This document shows, piece after piece, positions 53,420-64,000 of a stretch of DNA of 64,000 nucleotides. The notes under the pieces are model-generated. The model did no database searches. It had not been told where the DNA came from and saw nothing but the letters and a program-made list of their open reading frames with translations. Source of the stretch: Eledone cirrhosa (taxonomy: Eukaryota); the NCBI GenBank assembly GCA_964016885.1, contig OZ024740.1:35960001-36024000 (forward strand), read 5' to 3'. Within the stretch, counting starts at the first letter, position 1; each line of letters opens with the position of its first letter. The translations under genes were made by a program, and so were the position numbers.

Positions 53420-54960
53420 GGGACGGGGTGGGGGACTCTCTAGTCTTGAATGACAACCATTCTAGGAGGCGGAAATTTCAAAATCAAACCAGGATTACTG
53501 GAGTCCTTTATCTTTGGGTGTCACGAACAAAATACCTGTTGACGGAAACCATACTCACCCCCCCCCCCTCAAATTTGAGAGAAAAAGGAAAAATACAGAT
53601 GAAGTAAAAAATAATGATGTGAGTGATATAGGAACCATCAATGGTGAAGGTGCCATGTCCAGCAAATGTCCCGCTGTGCAGCAGGGTGGGCATGTTCGCC
53701 AACCAACAGCTGCTAGCCAACAAGCAAGACTGAGCTGGAGCAAACAAGCGAATGTTATAGTCATGAAGTGCTACTATATGAGTAACCTTGTTAATGATAA
53801 TGGAAGAGCAATCAGAATATAAAAACAAATAATTCACAATGGAAGGAAAGGGTAATATTTGAAACAACTGAACAGCGAATATGCGACCAAATTAGAGAGA
53901 TTCGAAAGAAAGGGTGATGACAAGTAGAGTGAAAGGTCTGAAGAAGCTGAAAACGAAGAAGGAAATGTGTCAAATGAAGGGACTGTTTATTATGTGACAC
54001 ATGAGGAGGCAGTCCACAGTGCGATGAATGTACTTGAAGAAGAAAACCTTATACAGAAACAGAAGACATTGTATGGCAGGATAATAGCAAAACTAAGAGA
54101 AAAGGACAATGACTATATCTGTAGCCTACGGAAGGTCGATCAATGGAACTTAAACCAGGAGACAATGAAAGTTCTGAAGAACAAGTAATATTAATGCGGC
54201 CAACAATTTGTTCACGAATCAAAAACACACTGAGACATGGTGGAAAAGTCGAATACAGCAAAGCATTAGCATTAAACACTTGTGAAATATATTTCAGTAC
54301 TAGACATAAAAATCAAAGACAAACTTAGGAATGAGCAGAAGTTTGATAGACTGAAGAGAAAATATGAAATTGAAAGAAATGTTAAACACAAGATTGACAA
54401 CTCAGCTGAAACAGAAAAGTGTAGGATATGTGGAAAAAACTGTGTGGTATATCATCAACCAGTGAACAAAGCTGGCACAGAAAGAATACAAGCGATGCCA
54501 TAATAACGTAGCAAAAATTATTCATTGGCAGTTATGTGGAAAATACGGCTTTGAACTCAAACCAGATGTAGAAAATAAGCATGTCAAGATTTTATGGAAC
54601 TTTATGATCCAATGTTACCATGGAATTGAACATCGCAAACCTGATATTGTGGTGATCAACAAAGTTAACAAACAATGTTTCTGGATGTGGCTTGTCCCAC
54701 TGACAAGGTTTGTGACAACGAATTAAAGAAGATTGAGAGATATGAACCACTAGTATGAGAGAAAAAACATTTGTGAGCAATGAAAAAGGTTGAGGTGATC
54801 CCAGTTATAATCGGGACCCTTAGTACTCTATACAACAGAATTGAAAGCTATTTATAAAAAAAATGGAACCAAAATCAGGGTGAAGCCCTTGCAGAAAACA
54901 ACACTCCTTGGAACTGCTAGAATACGCAGAAAAATGCTTGAAAACTCAAGGTGTCACTTT
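53420..54960 (+). mobile_element. Degenerate, internally deleted R4/Dong-like element
   Basis: N-terminal WSKQANVIVMKCYY; CRICGK, IHWQLC, LWNFMIQ..HRKPDIVVI, LQKTTLLGTARI. Confidence 0.7.
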
Positions 54961-55054
54961 AGTCCATTAATTATGGACAGCTGGCACCAGTATTATTTCA
55001 GCAGCTACAAATGCCGTGCGATAAGCAGAAAACAACAACAACAGCAACAATACT

Positions 55055-55195
55055 GATTTAGGCACGAAGCCACCAATTTTTGGGGCAGGGGAAATTCGAT
55101 TAAATCGACCCCAGTGCGTAACTGGTACTTTATTTTATAGACCTTATAAAGATGAAAGGGAAAGCTAACCTCAGCGGGAATTGAACTCAAAATGT
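55055..55195 (-). mobile_element. SINE family 1
   Basis: matches consensus. Confidence 0.7.
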
Positions 55196-55479
55196 AATAT
55201 GTTTTATATATAACAATACCAACAATAAGAGCTCGCAGTCGTTTTTTAATTTAATCCTGTACATATAATGATCTGTGTTTAGCTCCTCTGTCAGTGTTTT
55301 AAATAAATTTGTTTCTTTCTTCCTTTCTCTTGGAACCTGTTGTCATATATGTCTGCTTTCGCCTTCTACCTCCTTTTCTCTTCCTGTGTGTAAATATTAA
55401 CAATTCTCATTACATAACCTTTTGTCACTGTTCTGAATAACCTTATCTCATTAACCTGTTTTCACTGAGTTACGCAACC

Positions 55480-56820
55480 CGCTCAACACTAATAATGCCC
55501 AGTGTTACATCACCCTTCGTCGCTCCGCAGTCCTTCATACTACAAGGTGCAAATCGCCGTCACTCATGTGACACACAATCGGCGGGAAGAACTATAACAA
55601 TTTGTTCTCTCATGCGTCATGCTTACGAGACATTTTGGAATTCCTGAGCCGGTAGTACTGCCTACATTACCACAATAGGGATTCAGCCACACTGGCCCCG
55701 TGTGAGATTTTTACAGCAACCTTTTGCTCTCATAGTCGTATAAAGAGTGCATCAAGATCCATAAAGCTGTCGACAGTTGACTAAGTCGATAACTTCGACA
55801 GTCCACGAAATTGAAACCGTCTTTTCTGCTTCGCTACACTCTATTCTCACCCCGACTTACCCCAACTCACTCCGAGGTACGCTACTTGCATTCAAGAGTT
55901 CCTGGAGCCGAAATGAATTGATCTGGTGAGTGTGACCGACAGACTGTCTTATAGATTCCCACTCTGCGCTCTTTCCTATCAAGAATTGTTTCGTTCTCTC
56001 TAAACTACTATTTTCACTGTGGTGTGCACTTTGTTAATCCCACGCAGGACACATCGGCAAACTAAATAACACAATTCGTCTATGTTCTGAACCCACCCAC
56101 GACGTTAGTTCCAACAACATAGGCTCGCTCAAATTCCCACATGGCATTGTCAGCCGCCAGCCCATTATTCTCTCATTATCTGTGACCATTCTCACGTCCA
56201 CAAAAAGCTTTTCCTTAACACAGACGTCACATAAAGTTGGCCGAGATGTCGAGCCGTTATTTTCTGTCTTTACTGTCGTTGCTATCTGGGTTAACCATGA
56301 CCTCTCTCATGACCAATGCGACTAGGCGATGTCAGAAGCTCAGCCAGAGCAAGGTTGACTTACCTCTATCAAGATCGCATCACCCACTTTCGGCTTGCCT
56401 CACATCCAATCAGCGGCTCGTGGCTCAATTCGGTACCTTCCTTCACCAACTGGTTCCTTTCTTGATGAAGAGTGTACTCGCATAGAATTTGCACTGAGCC
56501 TGTCGGCGTCGGTCGCGGTTACAGTAGACGCCCAGACGAGATCATTCTTTTTCTGCTTGAGCAGGGTAGGACAGACACAACGTGTTGTGACAATTTCTCC
56601 GGTGCCAAACTCATTGCATCCATCACAAACCAGGGCACTCGCAACGTTCCAAACAGTTATTTTCCTCTGCCAAATCAAGATGATGGCATCATGCCTGAGG
56701 AAGGAGCCCCATGAGGATATCGCTGGCTGTTTTCCGAGGCAACGCCTTCGCCATGTCGTTCGCGGACCGCAGCTAAGACATTGTCCTGCCAAACGTGTAG
56801 TGTTCGCCCTCTCTTCCAAT
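55480..56820 (+). mobile_element. Highly degenerate CRE-like element
   Basis: 3' CTGAGGAAGGAGCCCC shared with ~29082; remainder is GC-richer coding-like remnant. Confidence 0.45.
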
Positions 56821-56924
56821 TTCTTCCCTTTTTTACTCTTATATTTTAGTTATATTTTTATAGAGATAAAAAATAGTAGTTTTGAAATGAAAAGGTTTCA
56901 ACTAATCATCTAAACAGTGTATAT

Positions 56925-57125
56925 TCTAATTTAGGTACAAGGCAAGCAAATTTTGAGGGAAGAGCATAGTTTATGAAATCTACTCCAGTACAATATGTTA
57001 TCAACCCCGGAAGGAGGAAAGGCAAAGTTGACCTCAGTGGGATTTGAACACAGAGAGCAGAGTGCCAGAAGGAATACCATAAAACATTCTATCCAACGTT
57101 CTAACGACTCTGCCAATTCGCTGCC
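56925..57125 (-). mobile_element. SINE family 1, diverged
   Basis: matches consensus. Confidence 0.7.
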
Positions 57126-57220
57126 TAAGAGAAGGAATAGTGATATCAAAATTGCTGTGTTTTAGTAACCACGGAAGGATGAAAGACGAAGTAATGCGTC
57201 AAGTGATTTGAAAATAAAAG

Positions 57221-57261
57221 GGTAGTTTCTGTCTGTCTGTCTCTGATAAAGTACTGTGGTA

Positions 57262-57316
<55 letters not shown>

Positions 57317-57426
57317 GATAAAGTACTGTGGTAGTGTCTGTCTGTCTCTCTCTCTCTCTCTCTAGATGAAGTACTGTGGTAGTGTCTGTCTCTCTCTCTC
57401 TAGATAAAGTACTGTGGTAGTGTCTG

Positions 57427-57460
<34 letters not shown>

Positions 57461-57792
57461 GATAAAGTACTGTCGTGGTGTCTGTCTGTCTCTCTCTCTC
57501 TCTCTAGATAAAGTACTGTGGTAGTGTCTGTCTGTCTGTCTCTCTCTCTAGATAAAGTACTGTGGTAGTGTCTGTCTCTCTCTCTCTCTCTCTAGATAAA
57601 GTACTGTGGTAGTGTCTGTCTGTCTCCCTCTCTCTCTCTCTCTAGATAAAGTACTGTGGTAGTGTCTCTCTCTCTCTCTCTCTCTAGATAAAGTACTGTG
57701 GTAGTGTCTGTCTGTCTCTCTCTCTAGATAAAGTACTGTGGTAGTGTCTGTCTCTCTCTCTCTCTCTCTCTCTAGATAAAGTACTGTGGTAG

Positions 57793-57834
<42 letters not shown>

Positions 57835-57946
57835 GATAAAGTACTGTGGTAGTGTCTGTCTGTCTCTCTCTCTCTCTAGATAAAGTACCGTGGTAGTGTC
57901 TGTCTGTCTGTCTCTCCCTCTCTCTCTAGATAAAGTACTGTGGTAG

Positions 57947-57983
<37 letters not shown>

Positions 57984-58467
57984 AGATAAAGTACTGTGGT
58001 AGTGTCTGTCTGTCTCACTCTCTCTCTAGATAAAGTACTGTGGTAGTGTCTGTCTGTCTCTCTCTCTCTCTCTAGATAAAGTACTGTGGTAGTGTCTGTC
58101 TGTCTCTCTCTCTCTCTCTCTAGATAAAGTACTGTGGTAGTGTCTGACTGTCTCTCTCTCTCTCTAGATAAAGTACTGTGGTAGTGTCTGTCGGTCTCTC
58201 TCTCTCTCTCTCTAGATAAAGTACTGTGGTAGTGTCTGTCTGTCTCTCTCTCTCTCTAGATAAAGTACTGTGGTAGTGTCTGTCTGTCTCTCTCTCTCTC
58301 TCTCTAGATAAAGTACTGTGGTAGTGTCTGTCTGTCTCTCTCTCTCTCTCTCTAAAAAAAGTACTGTGGTAGTGTATGTCTGTCCTCTCTCTCTCTCTCT
58401 CTAGATAAAGTACTGTGGTAGTGTCTGTCTGTCTCTCTCTCTCTCTCTAGATAAAGTACTGTGGTAG

Positions 58468-58507
<40 letters not shown>

Positions 58508-58569
58508 GATAAAGTACTGTGGTAGTGTCTGTCTGCCTCTCTCTCTCTCTAGATAAAGTACTGTGGTAG

Positions 58570-58638
<69 letters not shown>

Positions 58639-58667
58639 AGATAAAGTACTGTGGTAGTGTCTGTCTG

Positions 58668-58708
<41 letters not shown>

Positions 58709-58811
58709 AGATAAAGTACTGCGGTAGTGTCTCTCTCTCTCTCTCTCTCTAGATAAAGTACTGTGGTAGTGTCTGTTTGTCTCTCTCTCTCCAGATAATG
58801 TACTGTGGTAG

Positions 58812-58846
<35 letters not shown>

Positions 58847-58867
58847 AGATAAAGTACTGTGGTAGTG

Positions 58868-58907
<40 letters not shown>

Positions 58908-59067
58908 GATAATGTACTGTGGTAGTGTCTGTCTGTCTGTCTCTTTCTCTCTAGATAAAGTATTATGGTAGTGTCTGTCTCTCTCTATCTCTATCCATCT
59001 AAAGTACTGTGGTAGTGTTTCTCTCTCTCACTCTCTCTCTCTCTCTAGATAAAGTACTGTGGTAGTG

Positions 59068-59100
<33 letters not shown>

Positions 59101-59123
59101 AGATAAAGTACTGTGGTAGTGTC

Positions 59124-59169
<46 letters not shown>

Positions 59170-59532
59170 GATAATGTACTGTGGTAGTGTCTGTCTGTCT
59201 GTCTCCCTCTAGATAAAGTACTGTGGTAGTGTCTCTCGGTCTGTCGCTTCCTCTCTCTCTAGATAAAGTACTGTGGTAGTGTCTGTCCGTCTGACTCTCT
59301 CTCTCTAGATAAAGTACTGTGGTAGTGTCTCTCTCTCTCTCTCTCTCTCTCTAGATAAAGTACTGTGGTAATGTCTGTCTGTCTCTCTCTCTCTCTAGAT
59401 AAAGTACTGTGGTAGTGTTTGTCTCTCTCTCTCTCTATCTCTCGCTAGATAATGTACTGTGTAGTGTCTGTCTGTCTGTCTCTCTCTCTCTCTCCCTCTC
59501 TCTTTAGATAAAGTACTGCGGTAGTGTCTCTC

Positions 59533-59586
<54 letters not shown>

Positions 59587-59758
59587 GATAAAGTACTGTG
59601 GTAGTGTCTGTCTGTCTGTCTCTCTCTCTCTAGATAAAGTACTGTGGTAGTGTCTGTCCGTCTGTCTCTCTCTCTCTCTCTCTCTAGATAAAGTACTGTG
59701 GTAGTGTCTGTCTGTCTGTCTCTCTCTCTCTCTTTCTAGATAAAGTACTGTGGTAGTG

Positions 59759-59793
<35 letters not shown>

Positions 59794-60292
59794 AGATAAA
59801 GTACTGTGGTAGTGTCTGTCTGTCTCTCTCTCTCTCTCTCTTAGATAAAGTACTCTGGTAGTGTCTGTCTCTCTCTCTAGATAAAGTACTGTGGTAATGT
59901 CTGGCTGTCTCTCTCTCTCTATAGATAAAGTACTGTGGTAGTGTTTGTCTCTCTCTCTCTCACTCTCACTCTCTAGATAAGTACTGTGTTAGTGTCTGTC
60001 TGTCTCTCTCTCTCTCTAGATAAAGTACTGTGGTAGTGTCTGTCTCTCTCTCTCTATCTATCTAAAGTACTGTGGTAGTGTCTCTCTCTTTCTCTCACTC
60101 TCTCTCTCTCTCTCCCTCTCTCTCTAGATAAAGTACTGTGGGTAGTGTCTGTCTCTGTCTCTCTCTTTCTCTCTCTAGATAACGTACTGTGGTAGTGTCT
60201 GTCTGTCTCTCTGTCTCTCTCTCTAGATAAAGTACTGTGGTAGTGTCTGTCTGTCTGTTTCTCTCTCTCCCTCTAATAAAGTACTGTGGTAG

Positions 60293-60360
<68 letters not shown>

Positions 60361-60694
60361 GATAAAGTACTGTGGTAGTGTCTGTCTGTCTCTCTCTCTC
60401 TCTCTCTAGATATAGTACTATGGTAGTGCCTGTCTGTCTGTGTCTCTCTCTCTCTCTCTCTCTAGATAAGTACTGTGGTAGTGTCTCTTTCGCTCTCGCT
60501 CTCTCTCTCTCTAGATAAAGTACTGTGGTAGTTTCTGCCTGTCTCTCTCTGTCTCACTCTCTCTCTCTCGCTCTCTCTCTATCGCTCTCTAGATAAAATA
60601 TTGTGTAGAGTCTGTCTCTCTCTCTCTCTCTAAATAAAGTACTGTGGTAGTGTCTGTCTGTCTCTCTCTCTCTCTAGATAAAGTACTGTGGTAG

Positions 60695-60731
<37 letters not shown>

Positions 60732-60959
60732 AATAAAGTACTGTGGTAGTGTCTCTCTCTCTCCCTCTCTCTCTCTCTCTCTATCTCTCTCTATATTAAG
60801 TATTGTGGTAGTGTCTGTCTGTCTCTCCCTCTCTCTAGATAAAGTACTGTGGTAGTGTCTGTCCGTCTGTCTCTCTGTCTCTCTAGATAAAGTACTGTAG
60901 TAGTGTCTGTCTGTCTGTCTCTCCCTCTCTCTCTAGATAAAGTACTGTGGTAGTGTCTG

Positions 60960-61019
<60 letters not shown>

Positions 61020-61037
61020 GATAAAGTACTGTGGTAG

Positions 61038-61074
<37 letters not shown>

Positions 61075-61196
61075 AGATAAAGTACTGTGGTAGTGCCTGT
61101 CTGTCTGTCTCTCTCTCTCTCTCTCTATCTAGATAAAGTAATGTGGTAGTGCCTGTCTGTCTCTCTCTCTCTTTCTCTAGATAAAGTACTGTGGTA

Positions 61197-61235
<39 letters not shown>

Positions 61236-61315
61236 GATAATATACTGTGTAAGTGTCTGTCTGTCTGTCTCTCTCTCTCTAGATAAAGTACTGTGGTAGT
61301 GTCTGTCTGTCTCTC

Positions 61316-61346
<31 letters not shown>

Positions 61347-61472
61347 AGATAAAGTACTGTGGTAGTATCTCTCTCTCTCTCTATCTCTCTCTAGATAATG
61401 TGCTGTGGTAGTGTCTGTCTGTCTCTCTCTCTCTCTCTAGATAAAGTACTGTGGTAGTGTCCTCTCTCTCTC

Positions 61473-61503
<31 letters not shown>

Positions 61504-61671
61504 ATCTCTCTCTAGATAAAGTACCGTGGTAGTGTCTGTCTGTCTCTCTCTCTCTCTAGATAAAGTACTGTGGTAGTGTCTGTCTGTCTGTCTCTCTCTC
61601 TCTCTAGATAAAGTACTGTGGTAGTGTCTTCCGTCTGTCTCTCTCTCTCACTAGATAAAGTACTGTGGTAG

Positions 61672-61734
<63 letters not shown>

Positions 61735-61815
61735 ATAAAGTACTGTAGTAGTGTCTGTCTGTCTGTCTCTCCCTCTCTCTCTAGATAAAGTACTGTTGTA
61801 GTGTCTGTATGTCTC

Positions 61816-61850
<35 letters not shown>

Positions 61851-62144
61851 AGATAACGTACTGTGGTAGTGCCTGTCTGTCTCTCTCTCTCTCTCACTCT
61901 CTAGATAAAGTCCTGTGGTCTGTCTGTCTGACTCTCTCTCTCTCTAGATAAAGTACTGTGGTAGTGTCTGTCTGTCTGTCTGTTTCTCTCTCTCGAGATA
62001 AAGTACTGTGTTAGTGTCTGTCTGTCTCTCTCTCCAGATAAAGTACTGTTGTAGTGTATGTCTGTCTCTCTCTCTCTCTCTCTCTAGATAAAGTACTGTG
62101 GTGGTGTCTCTCTCTCTCTCTCTCTAGATAAAGTACTGTGGTAG

Positions 62145-62177
<33 letters not shown>

Positions 62178-62239
62178 AGATAAAGTACTGTGGTAGTGTC
62201 TGTCTCTCTCTCTATCTATCTATCTAAAGTACTGTGGTA

Positions 62240-62278
<39 letters not shown>

Positions 62279-62580
62279 GATAAAGTACTGTGTTAGTGTC
62301 TGTCTGTCTCTCTCATTCTCTAGATAAAGTACTGTGGTAGTGTCTGTCTCTCTCTCTCTCTATCTATCTAAAGTACTGTGGTAGTGTCTCTCTCTTTCTC
62401 TCTCTCTCTCTCCCTCTCTCTCTAGATAAAGTACTGTGGTAGTGTCTGTCTCTGTCTCTCTCTCTCTCTAGATAAAGTACTGTGGTAGTGTCTGTCTCTG
62501 CCTCTCTCTCTCTGGATAAAGTACTGTGGTAGTGTCTGTCTGTCTCTCTGTCTCTCTCTCTAGATAAAGTACTGTGGTAG

Positions 62581-62620
<40 letters not shown>

Positions 62621-62831
62621 GATAAAGTACTGTGGTAGTGTCTGTCTGTCTCTCTCTCTCTCTCTAGATATAGTACTATGGTAGTGCCTGTCTGTCTGTC
62701 TGTCTCTCTCTCTCTAGATAAAGTACTGTGGTAGTGTCTCTCTCTCTCTCTCTAGATAATGTCCTGTGGTAGTGTCTGTCTCTCTCTCTCTCTCCCTTTC
62801 TAGATAAAGTACTGTGGTAGTGTCTCTCTCG

Positions 62832-62868
<37 letters not shown>

Positions 62869-63054
62869 GATAAAGTACTGTGGTAGTTTCTGCCTGTCTC
62901 TCTCTGTCTCACTCTCTCTCTCTCTCTCTCTCTCTCTATCACTCTCTAGATAAAGTATTGTGGTAGAGTATGTCTCTCACTCTCTCTCTAAATAAAGTAC
63001 TGTGGTAGTGTCTGTCTGTCTCTCTCTCTCTCTCTAGATAAAGTACTGTGGTAG

Positions 63055-63085
<31 letters not shown>

Positions 63086-63299
63086 AGATAAAGTACTGTG
63101 GTAGTGTCTCTCTGTCTCTCTCTTTAGATAAAGTACTGTGGTAGTGTCTCTCTCTCTCTCCCTCTCTCTCTCTCTCTCTATCTCTCTCTATATAAAGTAC
63201 CGTGGTAGTGTCTGTCTGTCTCTCTCTCTCTCTAGATAAAGTACTGTGGTAGTGTCTGTCTGTCTCTCTCTCTCTCTAGATAAAGTACTGTGGTAGTGG

Positions 63300-63336
<37 letters not shown>

Positions 63337-63541
63337 GATAAAGTACTGTGGTAGTGTCTGTCCGTCTGTCTCTGTCTCTCTCTAGATAAAGTACTGTAGT
63401 AGTGTCTGTCTGTCTGTCTCTCCCTCTCTCTCTAGATAAAGTACTGTGGTAGTGCCTGTCTGTCTCTCTCTCTCTCTCTCACTCTCTCTCTAGATATAGT
63501 ACTGTGGTAGTGTCTGTCTGTCTCTCTCTCTCTCTCTCTCC
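57221..63541. repeat. Composite satellite: constant core AGATAAAGTACTGTGGTAGTGT + (CTGT)0-4 + variable (CT)n, roughly 130 units
   Basis: direct reading; copy number estimated from 6.3 kb / ~47 bp. Confidence 0.97.
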
Positions 63542-63741
63542 NNNNNNNNNNNNNNNNNNNNNNNNNNNNNNNNNNNNNNNNNNNNNNNNNNNNNNNNNNN
63601 NNNNNNNNNNNNNNNNNNNNNNNNNNNNNNNNNNNNNNNNNNNNNNNNNNNNNNNNNNNNNNNNNNNNNNNNNNNNNNNNNNNNNNNNNNNNNNNNNNNN
63701 NNNNNNNNNNNNNNNNNNNNNNNNNNNNNNNNNNNNNNNNN
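63542..63741. other. Assembly gap (200 N)
   Basis: run of n. Confidence 1.
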
Positions 63742-64000
63742 GGGTATGATTTTACATTCATTTAAATTATTGACGTATTGTTTTATTGATATTTTTTATC
63801 TGTTTGGCCCGAATCTTCCTTTATCGATTTTAAATCGTATGGTTGATTGTAGACTTGTTCTATATGTGACGGTATTTTAACGATAGTTATAGCTCTGATT
63901 CATCTGAATTATTGAGCCCTCTGCCGCTCATATCGGATTTCGTTTTTCGTTAACTCGTGCGCCGATTTTTCGATACTCGATCTTTCTAATATATTTAGCT

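Noticed and set aside
57221-63541. CRISPR-like constant repeat with spacers; weak likeness of the core (ATAAAGTAC) to the SINE
   Set aside because: Spacers are only (CT)n; a 9-bp match is too short to infer origin.

Overview
Repeat-dense animal genomic DNA. The AT-richness, (AAT)n/(CA)n/(TA)n microsatellites and SINE/LINE families suggest a cephalopod such as octopus; this is inference. The only host gene is the 3' half of an ABCB1/P-glycoprotein-like ABC transporter on the + strand: 7 coding exons read by hand (3572-32324), all missed by the ORF track. Its introns and 3' flank hold five or six Tx1/L1-clade LINEs in (ATT)n tracts (one full length), R4/Dong-like, CRE-like and RTE fragments, a Helitron, a mariner remnant, a piggyBac-type MITE and many tRNA-derived SINEs. 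There are two large satellites: a 71-bp unit x ~90 in an ABCB1 intron, and a core+(CT)n array running into a 200-N gap. The most striking unannotated signal is a family of short palindromic insertions carrying type I hammerhead ribozyme motifs, probably related to Penelope-like elements. The best copy is a 248-bp near-perfect palindrome with a 16-bp TSD and an intact hammerhead on each strand, in the last ABCB1 intron. All coordinates were read manually; TE boundaries are approximate unless termini are stated.
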